From Eledone cirrhosa (Eukaryota): a stretch of 64,000 nt of DNA. The first letter of the stretch is position 1; each line of letters begins with the position of its first letter. Below the pieces are notes generated by a model that was not told the origin of the DNA, did no database searches, and saw only the letters and a program-made list of their open reading frames with translations. A program made the position numbers and the translations under genes. Location of the stretch: assembly GCA_964016885.1 (NCBI GenBank), contig OZ024740.1, forward strand, positions 177,630,001 to 177,694,000, read 5' to 3'. This document shows positions 13,299-29,502 of this stretch, one piece after another.

Positions 13299-15700
13299 AA
13301 TGGACGCAGAACCCATCTAAATCAGGTACGAGTGAAGAGATGATGTCACGCGACGGTCGAAAGACCGTCACCACCACCTCAACTCTCATCAGTGTCACGG
13401 ACACCAGGGCTGCCGTCGTCAACAACAGCAGCAACGGCAGCAACATCGGCAGCAACAGCTGATATGACATCGCCAGCAGCAGCGGCAAAAACAGGAGCAA
13501 CAGCGGTAACAACGGCAGCATCTGCAATGACAACGCCAGTAGCAGCAGCAACAGCAGAAGCAGCAACAGTGTCAATAACGACAACAACGACAGCAACAAT
13601 GAAAAGTTTTTCGCCGTGGTTTATTATAAAATGGATATTTCGGAAATAACTAACGCATCTGGCAGAGGCTAGAAAATTAAAAGATTTAAAAAAATAATAC
13701 GACACGCATAAATGTGCCCCCGGCGGTGTTGGCAGACATTGAAAGGTGCGTCATCACCTACAAACATATTGGCATTAAGTCCAGGAAGCCGGTACTGGTT
13801 CCACCATTACACGTAGAGGCATCTCTGAAGGACTTGATGCCAGACATAGAGCACATAGAGAAAGACTGGAAATATGCGTGCATCTCGATACTCTTCCGAA
13901 CCGAAGCCCTCGCAAGGAAACACTCAGTCCTTCCAGTGCAAGCGAAGGACTTCGTACCGTTCCCTTCCCACGGGGGAAGAAGAACAATAGCAATAACAAC
14001 CAGGATAGCCGGGATCCCGCCAAAAGTGGACATGTGGTTTGTCCTGGCAAGCATTTCACTGGAGGACGAAGAAACCCTCCTGAAGGTGAAAAGAACTCAG
14101 AGGGAATCCTGGTCAGTGACCTGTCTAGAACTACTGCTCCAGGTCAAACCGGAAAAACTCGATAGGATCCCGGACCTAATCCCCCTTTCGGGAGGTAGAG
14201 AAGTGAGGGTCTTCGAGGAATGAAATAGCCCCACTGTCATTTGTGTGATCAAACCACACACTGAAGAGCTTTCTGTTATCTGCAGAAGGCAGCGAGGGCC
14301 CACAGAACAGCTCGGCTACCAAAACCTGGGCCGCAACTGCAACAACAACAGAAGCAGTAAAAACAAACAACAACGGCAACAACCTCGGACGCAGCATCAA
14401 CACCAGCACCAGTACCTGCTAGACGAAAAACACCACCAATACCAAGAATAGCACCAGGTACAGAACCACTATCAGCAATAACACCAACAAAGACGACCAA
14501 AACCACCCAGGGAATCCCCCAAACAAACCCCTCAATCTTCCCTTCTTTCAAACACTCACATACACACCAATACTCACACACCCACAAAAACACTCATACT
14601 CGCATCTGATACTGAGTCACCAGACACTAGTTCCTCCTCATCCCCAAGTGAAGGTGAGGGACGACCCCCAAAACTCAAGAAAAGAAACACAAAAAGAAAA
14701 ATACATCTTCACACACAGCAACAGGCACACAAAACACATATACAACACCAAAACACAACCGTCAACAAAAACACAACCCCTAATAACAACACCGACATGG
14801 CTATTTGAAGAGAAAGTTGTTTAAAAGTACATGACCTGGGGTCGGCCTGGAGGCAAGGCCGCTTCCTCAACGACCTCAGGTCACTAGCGATGGATGTGAC
14901 AGCCGTCAACAAGACCAGGATTTCTGACATGCGCGCATTCGTCCCATCCGCAATGACCTTGAGATCTACGCGTCTCTTAGTCGATCAGGAATGGGATGTA
15001 GAGACGCAGTGTTGTTTAGGAAAGGCCTGGATCTCGAAGTACGGCCGATCTTCTTGGCCCCGGACGGTAAGTTTGTGGTCCTGGACGTGAGCAGCCTTCG
15101 ACTGAGGAGGGAAGGCCGGATTACTTCAGGCGTCTGGAAGCCTTTCTAGGAATGTCTCACCATTTACTGTTAGCGGGAACGGTATCTTGGACGCCCATTG
15201 TGGAGGCAGCCGATAAAAGCGGGGGGTACAAAAGCCTCAAGAACCTATCACACAGTTCCATCTCTCTGGCAGGCACCGACTAGATTTCCCGATTGCGCCA
15301 GTTCGGACCTGGCCAAACCACTGAGAGACATCTAGATCGTACTTAGATGGATTTTTCATTAGGTTAGTGGATTGGAAGTGTATATGGTGTCCACAATTCC
15401 AAACGATCGCCTATTCAGACCACGAATTTGTGAACTGCATGGAGACCGGATTAGCAAGTTAGTTAAGCACCAGGTAACAGGGGTCATCGTCAACAACAGA
15501 GCGATTAGAATAGAATCGATAGCGTTAGAAAAAATATAATGGAGGGGGAGTTAGTAGCTCAAGTAGACGAGGCGATTAGGAGTGGCATTGCGACCGGTGT
15601 GCTAGCTGCAAGAATGTCATTAGACCATTTCTTCAATGAGAAACACTAAGGTTGCAATGTCTGAGCTAAGGTGCGTGCTCAAAGAAACGAGGGAACGAAA
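13299..15700 (+). pseudogene. Decayed Tx1/L1-like LINE: ORF1 and APE endonuclease region, no RT seen
   Basis: ORF1 pieces (EALARKHSVLPV, IAGIPPKVDMWFVLA) match the 54544 element (EALAQKHSVTPV, IPPNINIWWILA); the endonuclease start WRQGRFLNDLRSLAMDV matches WKQGQLLNDLRSDGMDV; SRSYLD and SDH-like motifs at ~15330-15425. Confidence 0.75.
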
Positions 15701-15789
15701 ACTGTTCGATGGCCCAAGCGACAGAGGCGCAGTGTGACAATATATTAGATAAAGATATATATATATTACTGCTCCTTATAGCCTTCTTC

Positions 15790-16374
15790 TATGTCACCAA
15801 AGACTGTAATTTAGATGAAGAACTAAGAGTGAAAGTCTTTGAATCCAGGGAACTGACATCTGTGACTAAACTTAAAGTTTGTAACCAATGTGTGACTCCT
15901 CTTTTGTCGTATGGAAGTGAAATGTGGACTCTCCATCGTTACCACATTAGACAGTTAAGAACAGGTCAGCAACGGCATTTTAGGTTCATTCTCAGCATCA
16001 AATGGAATCACTTTGTCACACACGACGAGTTACTGAAACGTGCAAAGACTCCTGACATTAAAACTTTCCTCATAAGATGGGTTGGCCATGTCGTCCACAT
16101 GGATGATTGTAGAGCTATAAAGAAACTTCTTTTTGGTGAGCTTCAGAATGTTGTTCGACATGTAGGACACCCTCTCTTGGGGTATAAGGACACGATCAAA
16201 GATATTTTGAAAAAGATAACATTCTTCACTGCTGGAGACATTATGTGCGTTGACAAACCAATATGGCGGAAGCTAATCCATGATGTAAGGATCGACATTG
16301 AAAACCAAAGGAAGCAGGACAAGAAGCAGAAAAGGCAGAAACGACTCAATAACAGACCAGATCGACCAATATAA
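15790..16374 (+). pseudogene. 3' end of an RTE-clade LINE ORF
   Basis: LLSYGSEMWTL, FILSIKW and RWVGHVVHMDDCRAIKKLLFGEL..GHPLLGYKDTIK are typical of the RTE C-terminus. Confidence 0.85.
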
Positions 16375-16566
16375 TGAACGGACTTTGTCATGCTACTAAT
16401 ATAGACTTTTCTTTTCATATGTGTGTGTATATATATATATATAGAGAGAGAGAGGATAGCTTTCACCGTATTTTTTGAAAATATGGTGAAAGCACCGTAT
16501 TTTTTGAAAATACGGTTAAAGCTATTCTATTTTCTAATTTCAAACCTGCTCACTGTTTCAAAACAT

Positions 16567-16686
<120 letters not shown>

Positions 16687-17021
16687 CAAACTGGAATGAC
16701 GGTTTGATTGATATTCGGCAGAAACTCATCTTGTGAATTGTTGTTTGTCCGTATCCGGACTCGAGCAAATGGTGTGTGTGTGTATATATATATATATACA
16801 CACACACCATATATATATATATGTATGTGTGTGTGTGTGTGTGTATGTGTGTGTGTTTGCGTTTCTACCTTTTCTTCTCCGATATGTTCCGATGGAAGAC
16901 GAATGTCTGAAACACGAAGGCACTTTTCCTTCTATATTAAACGTTGAAATAATATATTTCATCTTTGTACTGTATTGTTCTCCTGTGTTGTTTTTCTTTG
17001 TTGACTTTTCGCATAGACTTG

Positions 17022-17095
<74 letters not shown>

Positions 17096-17465
17096 TGTGT
17101 GTGTGTGTGTGTGTGTGTGCATGTGTGCATGTGTGTGTGTGTGTGTGTGTTTTCTCTAATAAAACAATTGTCAACACCATTGACAGCTCGACTATACATA
17201 GCAACCACCAGGAGTGAATAGAGTGACAAGTGAGATATAAAGATACTAAAGAGACTAAAGAAACACCAGGTAGTTTTATTACAAAGGAAAAGTCAAAGAA
17301 ATAGAAAGAAATAGTAGACACATGATAAATAAACACGTATTTAACGTCGGCTACACCACTCCCACCACCACCTTCACCACTACCATCACCACCACCACAA
17401 TTATTACTACCAGCATTAAATATAACGATAGACAGACAGGTAGATAATTAAATGAATAAATAAAT

Positions 17466-17537
<72 letters not shown>

Positions 17538-17570
17538 GCGCGCACACACACAAAGATACATATATATATG

Positions 17571-17710
17571 TTTATTCCGGGTTCAATCGGTGGTAACCAC
17601 AGTAAATTAGGTACTCAATACATAGCAGAGTATAAATATTTAATATAGAAATGGCTTCCACAGGACTAGAACTGTTTCATTCGGGAGAAATCATCAGGAA
17701 GCCCAGATTT
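17571..17710 (-). ncRNA. Second copy of the 11724-11856 pLTR-like element; hammerhead at 17653-17703 with GTG at the cleavage triplet
   Basis: Reverse strand: ggcttc-CTGATGA-tttc-tccc-gaat-GAAA-cag...ctg-TG-gaagcc. Confidence 0.72.
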
Positions 17711-17719
17711 ATATATATA

Positions 17720-19669
17720 CTAGCAGAAGTACCCGGCGTTGCCCGGGTGTAAGTCGACCTTTGCTCTGTTGTTAAAATGTGTGAAAGTTACTTCCCGCGC
17801 ATCACAGGTGCAAAAACCTTCGAACCTCAAGGAAAAAAACAGAGGTTAGTAGACGCAGGTGTGTAATTGAGCATAAATAATGGATCAATTGTAGGTACAC
17901 AGTGTATCGTTGAAATTGTTCTTTGCACGTCTGACGGAAGTCAAATTCACTTGAAATTGAATTTTCAGTTGATTTTTAAAGCAGGGTGAAAAAGTCGATT
18001 TTTTCACTTTTTTTTATTTTTTATTTACAATTTTCGCGCTCACATGTGCAGAAGAAGAAACAAAGGGGACTTTATTTGAACCGCGACATAATGGCGAGTC
18101 TTTTGCGACAGTTTTCAAGAAAATAGGACGTTCCTGTATAAAGTTTTCCCATGTGCAACTTTGCCTTGTTTTTTGCGCAAAATCGAACCCCGTTTCAGTT
18201 TTATTGATTTTTTACATGAATGCGTGACCTCTGAAGTAGATTTGAGTAGCTAAAAACCTGTCCGGGTAAATTTACTATAGGTGAAAAAAAGTTGATCAAA
18301 ATTGTGTCTAGGGTTATTGCTCTTTGCAACAGCCTCAACGTGTCTTCAAGTATGGTTTGTTAATTTGTTGTCGAACTAAATCGACTTTCGTCAAATCGGA
18401 TCGAGGAAACAATGTTTCCATTTGTCTTTCTAACTGGTGTACCCGGTTACACTCGGGGTTAAAAGGCGCTGGATTTAAACGGGTCTGCGCTAAATTCCAG
18501 CAGGATGCTTTAACCGAAATAAATGAAGAACAAACGTTTCTTTTTGTGTTCCAATCTGTGATATTGGTATTTTGAAAAAATAGTCCACAAACTTCCATGG
18601 AGCATGTGTAACGAATGTATCAGGTTATGAGAAAAAGGGTTTTCGATTCTCCATTTATAAGATACCAAAAAATTGCACGCAAATAAACCGGGATTTTAAG
18701 GCACTGCCCAATTCATAACTGAAAGGTAAGAATCAAGTGGAATAATGTTTTGCGACATTGTCAAATGTACAACTGTACAAAAGCAAAGGATATAGCCATT
18801 GAAATCTAGGTAGACCAAATAATTTGGTGGGGTTGTATATCAGAGGATTGTTTTCCTTGTGATTCGCGTCTAGCCTACAAAGTGAAGTTAGATGATTATA
18901 GTCGGTGTTGTATCAATAAAAAATAAAAGAATACGGAAGACTGAATTAAGTGAAAATCACGTTGATATTCCTATCGGAACATGTGCCGAAGAACCTGACG
19001 GACTGTTGTGACAATATTGAAATCGTAGAAATTGCGAATCCCGACCTCTAAGATGTAATGGATAGGCCTTGGAGGTGAAGAGGAAGAATTGGTACAATTG
19101 TTTTGCTGAACATGTTGACCATTAATTTAAATAGACTTACGCAGCATCAGCGTGCGGTTTTGTTGTTTATGGCCTAGAATGGGGGCCGGTTAAACGCGGC
19201 AGAAAAATAAGCCATGCTGATGATGTTTAGGGGAGTCGCAGGGAATAGATGTGGCGTTGTGAGTCAATTGTGAGGACAGTGGAAGGCACGCTAATCGCTT
19301 GAGAAGACGCGATGCTACACAGGATGCTTCTCGGCCATAATTGACAGAAAGGCATGTCAGGAGAAATGAAAGAGTTGCTATTTATCCTTTGCTTAGCATG
19401 ATGAACATGTAATTAAAAAGATTTACCATGGACTATCGTGCACGTTAGTATTGTGTTTCGCCTGCGAAAGTCGGTGGTCAAATGGGGCAAAATACACACT
19501 TGCGTCGAGTTTCATCGAAATCGGACGATTTTTGAAAGTAGCCTATTCCAATCTACGGATCGAGTTTTATATATGTGTCTAGTTTCATGAAAATCGGATG
19601 AACGGTGTAGCCTGCAAGTTCGGGACACCAAACAAACAAACAAACAACGCCCAACTTCACTTTATATAT
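17720..19669 (-). mobile_element. Non-autonomous Helitron
   Basis: 3' end CTAG at 17720-23 with hairpin cccggcgttgcccggg at 17732-47; the 5' end region has (caaa)n and tttatatata, as in the other Helitron ends here. Confidence 0.7.
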
Positions 19670-19670
19670 A

Positions 19671-20685
<1,015 letters not shown>

Positions 20686-21142
20686 AAGAGAGAGAGAGAG
20701 ATTGGGAGAGAGAGAGAGAGTGATACCTAGCGACCTGAACGGAATGATTTTAAACAGAATGAACTCCAAATATTCTAATAAGCCTCACATTAAATCTAGT
20801 ATCACCCAAAAAGAGGACGGTACCGTCAACGTGATTTTCCGAGGTTTTTGTATGAAGAATCTACTTATGGTGTTGTCTGGACAGGTTGAACCAGGGACCA
20901 AGGGACTGTGAAGTGTATATCTTAATGCAGCGATGAGACATAGTAAACGAAGCAGTTTCTACGAGGTACCTCAACTTGCTAGAAATAGTACCCGAATCTC
21001 CCCACAAACCACACACTTTCGTCTTAAATAAGAACATGAGGCACTAAATGAGGTATATAAATGATATATACACTCAAAAGGATGTAGTGATCACGGTTGG
21101 AGTAATTTTGAACATTGGTTAACTTGCCACCATTATGTACAA

Positions 21143-24100
21143 CTAACAAAAGAACCGCCCTTCGGGCGGTTTTCTGCTAGCATGTATAGTGTGTATATTG
21201 ATATACGCAAATATATATGCACATAGATATAATACGTAGATTGTCAATATGCACATAAACTGAACAAAGACTGTGTTACACTTACTTCTGTAATCAGTAA
21301 AGTAATCCATGATACATTTTAAAAAAAAGCTATTACAGAGATGGAAATGCGATGAAACCGTTGACGGAAAATGTTCATGAATCTTCACTTGAGAATATCG
21401 ATGGGAAGCTTGAAGCAGTGAATTTGAAAATAGATGCTGCTGGTATGAATGAATGAATTACATTTACCAATATGACGAGTTGACATTCGCTATATTGTTG
21501 TTTTACTGTATTCACATATAGACTTCTTAAGTTTTTGTAGTGTCCCTTTTCTAGCAGTTAAAAAGAAACTGAAATGCATTTCAACTAAAAGAGAGTGATA
21601 GCTGTTTCACATCACTGTAGAATTTCTTTGTAGACATAATTGTCAGCAAACAGACCCCTTTCATTTAATATTTTTATATTTTCTTTTTTTGTAACTCGTG
21701 ATAACATACATCTGACCATGTGAGAAGAATTGTGTTGGTAGATATACACCTATCTTTTCAAATGTCTGCCCTTGTGCCTTGTTGCATGTAAGGGCAAAGG
21801 CTGGTTTGAGAGGAAATTGCTTGCGAGTAAAGGTGAAAGGGAACTCAAGCTCTTGAGATACATGTGGTATCCTTGGGATTAGCAACCTTGCTCCAGCATT
21901 GGGACCCAATGCCACTTCAGCTTCAATTACATAATTCTGTAAACTGATGATGATGTAGAGTGTACCATTGCAATGCTCGTTTAGAGGATCCAGATTTCTC
22001 AGAAGTATGATGCAACTGCCTTTCTTCAGTTTAAGCATGTGTGTTTGGAATCCTGATGGGGTAAGTTTGTTGATGAACTCAATTGGATATTGCAGTTCAT
22101 TATCTACTGTATCAGAGCTTCTGTAGATTATTTCATGACCAGGGAATTTGTTGACCATGAACTCATTCACCAATCTTGCTGCATCATTTGTTAGAGTGAT
22201 AATGGCTCTATTTGCAAGCCATAGTGTGTTTGTGTAGTTTCATGGAAGATTTGTATACACAAAATCACACAGTCCAGACACATTATCATATTCCAGACAT
22301 TGTTCATTTGGCAGAAGAATTGTGAATGCACCTACAGTTGGAACAGTTGGAATGTTACCATTTCCCACATCAAGAAGGTAGATTGCAAACTGTCTTTCAT
22401 CAGAATCCTCTGTATTAATTAACCGTTGATTGGTTGTCATTTCCATGGTTTCCACATAGTCCCAGAGATAGGATCTCTTGATGGTTGCCTCAACTATTTG
22501 TGGTCTAGCACCATGACGTACAACTGGAAGAATTTGCTTCCAGTCACCAGATAGTAATACTGTTAGACCACCAAATGGCTTTTTGCAATCTCGAACATCT
22601 TTTAAGCTCCTGTCAAGGCATTCAAAGATATGATTATGTCCCATACCTATCTCATCAATGATTAGCAGGTCAGCTTGCTGCATAAGTTTACCTGTGGCAT
22701 CCCTCTTTGTGAAGAAGCAAGTTGATTCAGCAGTCACATTGAGAGGAATCTTGCACTTGGAATGAAGAGTTCTACCTTTGTGAAGCAAAGTCGCTGCTAT
22801 TCCAGATATGGTAGTGGCAAGTGCAATTTATTTTTAGATCGGAGGTAATCCAATAGGATGTTTATGACATAGATCTTTCCTGTACCTGCACTTGCATTCA
22901 AGCAGAAAATTCTGCCTTCATTTTCATTTACAGGGGTGATTACTTTGTGAAAAATAACCAATTGCTCAGGATTCAATGTTGGCAGAAGTTCATTTATGTT
23001 TGCTTGCAGTTGGTGTGTATTGAACTAAGTTTCTGCCATAAGAACCCTGTTGATTTCTGGTATGACAACAATAGTTGGATCTGGCCGAGGAAGTCCATAG
23101 TTGGCATGAATGTCCAAGCCATCATGTTGAAGTCTTTGTTTGATCTTCTGTAGAACAATCTGCATGGTTTGCATGGACATGACTTGCTCACGACGTTCAT
23201 GCATGATATCCTCTGTAAGACAATTCTTCCATTTCTCCCAGAACTGCAGAGGGTCGTCATTTGGCATACAGTACAATAAAATGGTGCAGAAGATCTCTCG
23301 CAGCTGAGGACCAAGCGTAATGGATGAGGCCTCTTCCATAGCTTTGTATTTTCTCCATCTTCATCTAACAGACCAAGTTTCCTGCATGCTTCTTGGAATG
23401 TTGAAAATTCAACTCCTTCAATTGTCCTCAATTCTTTGTATGAAGTTGACCTAGTCTTGTGATCTAGGATCATCCTGAGGTAATATAATTCAGATTGATG
23501 TCTACTGAGTGATACTGTTGGAATGCGTCCAAGAGATTCACTCATAAATTGTTGATCACCATCCAGATGTCCCTTTTTTCTTCTTTGCCACTTTTTGTTT
23601 GTCCAAGTGAAATGTTTAGGAATATCAATATACAATGTTTTGTGCCAGTGGGTCTCTAATATTCAGTTGAAAATATTCCGTCAACTTAGTCATTTGCTGT
23701 CCTCTAGAAACAACACTTTCTTCCTGCCCTCGCTCATACACGACCATTTGTTCCCCAGGTAAATGGCAAGGCAACTTTTCAACTGGCGGTTTTCGATGAT
23801 GTAATGGAAATTTATAGATTCTCCAGAATGCTTCACTGGCTGAGATGTACCGTGCATTGATATAGGTCTCAATCTCATTTGCGCATGGACACAATTTCCT
23901 TGATCATTCTTAATAGTGAAAGTGATCTTTCTTGTCTTATCCTTTTGTGATGTACTTATATAAGTACTTAACAGCCTTGACACTGTGGACAACCTCACAA
24001 TTGATGTGGCACTGATATCTCAATGAGAGGAAAGGGATGTATGGAACAATCCAACGATTATCAACAGTAAATTCTTGACCTTTAAGTTGGATTGTATGGG

Positions 24101-26094
24101 TGTGACCACCATGCTGTCTATCCCTTCTTCTATACCCCGGAAAAGAATTTTCGGCAACAAATATGGTTTGTCTGAATGATTTGGGATAACCTTTTGAGCA
24201 ATGGTGTTGTTGACCTAGCCCTTCCATACATGGGCACATCATATTAGCTTGTCCACATGGGCCATGAATGTTGCAGGATGTGATGATCTTCTGCAGAATT
24301 TGATTGGTCTCTTTATCAGGAATCTCACAGTACACTACCTGATCAATGGCATCAGCAGTTTTGGGTTTCCTATTTTCAGCCATTATCAGCAGAATATGAG
24401 CATGAGTGAGGAATCGTTTCTGCCACTCTATCGTAGCAGAATGAGCCACAACTTTTCCTAGGACATATCTTTTCAGTATGTCATCCATGATGCTGTCATA
24501 CTTGATCTTGAAGACTCTTGCACAAATATCAGGACGATCTCTAGGTTCTTCACCAGGGTGCAAACTATTTTTTATTTCATCCCAGTTAGGGTTAATTGTT
24601 ACCGTGATAAAATAAGATGGCTTTGCCATGTGTCGAACCACAGTCATCGAATTCTGAAAGCACTCACTGTAGAAGCGAGGTGAACCATAGACTGGAGGAG
24701 GAAGAATAATTCTCCGGCCTGCATTTACTGAATCTCCTTCAGCCACAGCATCATACAAACCCTCATACTTTTCAGCTCGTATCATGGTTTGAATGTTGCG
24801 GGCCCATTTGAGGCGACAATGTTCTATTTTCGCCTGGGCATCTACAGTATATTGCTGCTTCAGCCGCCTGCTCTTCATGATAATGTTACAGTCACCTTGC
24901 CTAACCTGAAACCGATAACAGTCGAAATCAGTGGGTGTGAGTGTGTGGTTGTTGTCAATCCTTTTCAAACCAACCTGAAACCCATCATCCCCCCAAGGAA
25001 ACAGTAGCACATAATGTAGAGGATCATAAGAACGGTGCAACTGATGAATCCTCTGAAGACAACCATCTCTTTTATGAATGATGACATCCAAAAGACCTAA
25101 TGCTGTATCAGGTTGAATAACAGCAATCTCAGATGTCATGGGAAGATTATGTGTGCGACAATGAATATCAGTGGGTTTTACTTTGTCCTCATGTAGGACA
25201 ATATTCACATTTTCAGAGAGTGGCATTTCAATGACTGACTTGAGGCTTCTTATATAGGTGTTGCAATAGTGCAAGTCTTCTTGCAGGTCCTGCAGGACAG
25301 CAGCATCTAAATTATCATGATGCAAGCGATTCTGAAGTTCATGATCTGTATCATAGAAGTAAAGCTGCTCAAACTTGGGTGAAACATCACTTGGAAGTAC
25401 TGATCCAATAATATGACAAATCTTACCTTGGATCTTAAATGTGGGACTAAATCCTGGTGCTTTAATCTCTTTGGAACCAATCGAAGCTAAGGCAAGTACA
25501 TTGTTATATGCCCGTATCTTATGGAGAAAAAAATTTCCTGCTTGAACGATATCGAAATATTTCACTATATTTGGTGGAGGAGGAGGAAGTTGAGGGAGTT
25601 TCACTTTTCCCTGGAAGCAGCACAGAGATTTGGGTTCATGCGGCCAGCGATAAGCTTTGCAGTGCGGACAAACAGAGGCAAAGAGACTCTCTGCATTATG
25701 TTGTGGCATTATGGAAAGAACAGTTTGCTCTTGGAAAAGTTCATCTGTAGGATTCTTTGCCAGACCTTCAATTGACCTGTTCCTTCGTCTCTGAAAGTTT
25801 GGTGTATTTGTTGCAAGTTGTTGGTGTGTTAACTGAATTACATTTGTAGAAATTTGTTGGGATGTTGTAGAGCGATTATTGTTTGATTGATTTGCCCTCT
25901 TCTCTCTTTGTCGTTGTGCGTCTGCTGCCATGCGTTGGGATTTAGATGAGAAATGTTTTCTGCGTCCCATATTCACTCTCAGTCATGTATGTATAAATAT
26001 ATGTTATCTCTACGGTGAAATCTTAGAAATATATGTTAAAACAAAAAAATAAATAATCGCTTCATCTTTCTCTTTCACTCTCTCTCTCTATAGA
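21143..26094 (-). mobile_element. Helitron (boundaries approximate)
   Basis: Contains a RepHel pseudogene; GC hairpin aaccgccc-ttc-gggcggtt next to TTAG at the 3' end (21143-21171); possible A|TC 5' end at 26094. Confidence 0.7.
21661..25976 (-). pseudogene. Helitron RepHel (HUH Rep + Pif1-family helicase), frameshifted
   Basis: CPHCKA..CCFQGKV Zn motif, YDPLHYVLLFP, Rep motifs FITVTINPNW / IEWQKRFLTHAH / KYLYKYITKG, RYISASEAFWR, Walker A ASAGTGK (~22880), IIDEIGM, GDWKQILPV and QFPLKPAFALTCNKAQGQT. Confidence 0.95.
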
Positions 26095-26184
26095 TATACC
26101 GGAAGTATTGAAATATATGTTTAATCATGTGTTACGAATTTTAGTAGATAAATTATATATTCATTCATTATTTATTGAAAGTAA

Positions 26185-26370
26185 GGGGGCGGTGAATTGG
26201 CAGTATCAGTAGATGGTTGGACGCCATGCTTTCTAGTATAGTTACGTCCCTTTACGGTTTGAGTTCAAATCCCGTCGAGGTTAACTTTGCCTTTCATCCT
26301 TACGGGGTCGATAAAATAAAGTACCAGTAATGTACTGGTGATTGCTGGCCTTGTGCCAAAAGTAGAAACA
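26185..26370 (+). mobile_element. tRNA-derived SINE with 18-bp TSD
   Basis: A/B-box-like head and conserved core; attatttattgaaagtaa at 26167-26184 and 26371-26388. Confidence 0.92.
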
Positions 26371-26466
26371 ATTATTTATTGAAAGTAATGCAACTTATTT
26401 TACAAACGGGAATAAAAATTATATTCTAGATGCAGTCCCGCGCTCCTTGTTTTATTATAGTTTAGA

Positions 26467-27843
<1,377 letters not shown>

Positions 27844-28239
27844 TTATATTTGTTAGTGTTTTCGTTCTGTAACCATTACATTAAATGAGTTTTAAAAATA
27901 AAGAGTTAATAAATAAATAAAACGTTATACTTGTTTTACCCTAGGTAAATGTCAAACGTCAGGTGTTATGTATTTTTTGCTATAAAACTTTAAATGTATC
28001 ATGGGACTGACAGAACAGACTGTATCGTCGCCATTCCTGCCAGATACATTTTGGGGAATTCTGCTACCTCTATTTTCAATCTTTCAATTTTTCTTTCTAG
28101 TTTCATCGGCAAGAATCCCAGAATCCCATTTGAATAATTTTAGATAGAATGGAAATATTTTATACAAATTAATCGCTTCAAACTTAAGCTCAATACACAC
28201 TTCTTTCTTTTGTGTGAGAGACGTATTCGAGTAAATCAA

Positions 28240-28370
28240 CACCTATACGTGTCTAGCACTTTATCTTATCGATCTCGGAAGTATGAAAGGAAAAGCTGAC
28301 ATCATCGGGATTTGATCTCAAAATAAAATGGCTGTAACCAATTGCTGCACTGTAACTAATCCATCGCCCT
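28240..28370 (-). mobile_element. Degenerate SINE copy
   Basis: tatcgatctcggaagtatgaaaggaaaagctgac...cgggatttgatctca is a diverged reverse complement of the SINE core. Confidence 0.6.
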
Positions 28371-28526
28371 TATAGACACCACGCAATAATAACTGTTACA
28401 TGCTACCTTTTGCATGTGAAATAAAGATCTGTCTATTAAATAAAGATTGCTTCTATTATTTTCCTGCCCAGTGTGTCGATAAATAAATGTACCAATAATG
28501 TTTCCTCGATATTATTTATTAGGGAT

Positions 28527-28622
28527 TAACTTTGCCTTTCATCCTTATGGTGTCGATAAAATAAAGTACCAGTAATACACTGGCGTAATTGCTGGCCTTG
28601 TGCCAAAAGTAGAAACAATTAT
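28527..28622 (+). mobile_element. 5'-truncated SINE copy
   Basis: taactttgcctttcatccttatggtgtcgataaaataaagtaccagt...gctggccttgtgccaaaagtagaaacaatt. Confidence 0.85.
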
Positions 28623-29379
28623 TTATTAGACTGTATCAACCTAGAATGTCTTTGTGTGTTTTAAAGATTTACATTAAAGAATATGTGTATTGTGCTTGAT
28701 TAGAGAGATGTGTTGGCAACTGTCTTTTGAAGATCGTGCGAATTGCATTTGTACATACCAATGTAGAATCTCCTTTGACACTGAAGCAGTAATATTGAGT
28801 CCACGATTTCTTGGAGACTACTTTTGCTGGTCTGCATCAAGGAAAACCGAAAGTACATAGAAGTAATATTTTTGTGAAAAGAAAAATCTACATCTTTTGC
28901 CCGAACCCTTCTCGTTTACATTAAAAGAGCCATTGGAAAAAGAAAACATTAGAAGCGTTGTTTTCTTTTGAACATTACTATTATGAGTCAGTGATGACCC
29001 AGCTCCGATAGGAGTGGAAATCAGACCGCAGAAAGACAAATGAAAATAATAGTTTCTAAGATAAACTCAATAGTACATATATAAGGATGAGGCTTTTGTC
29101 GATTGAACTGACTAATATTTAATTAGTATTTATTCTAACCATTCTAGAAAAATATAATGCAAAGCCAACTGCGATAGGATATGAAATGGGACACGCATAT
29201 AAATAACGATACGATTCCTAAATCAAACTTACAATAACGATGAGTCAATGAGCATCGTTCTATGCAGTGGCTTTAACCTCTAAAAATAACAAACAAATCG
29301 CTCTCAAACAATGCTCTACTGTCTTCAAAATAGATTCACATTTAACGATGTTGTACATTGATTTATACTACGTATATCA

Positions 29380-29502
29380 TATTAACCCACGGGAGGATGA
29401 AAGTCCACTTTGACGTCGACGGGATTTGAAATCAGAATGTAAAGAACCGAAAATGAATGCCGTGAGGCATTTTGTCTGACACTCTACTGATATAGCCAAT
29501 CA
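29380..29502 (-). mobile_element. Degenerate SINE copy
   Basis: ggatgaaagtccactttgacgtcgacgggatttgaaatcagaatgtaaag...gccaat. Confidence 0.6.

Noticed and set aside
16880-16925. ccgatggaagacgaatgtctgaaac hammerhead-like motif
   Set aside because: The core deviates at several positions and there is no convincing NUH or stem I; at best a decayed pLTR
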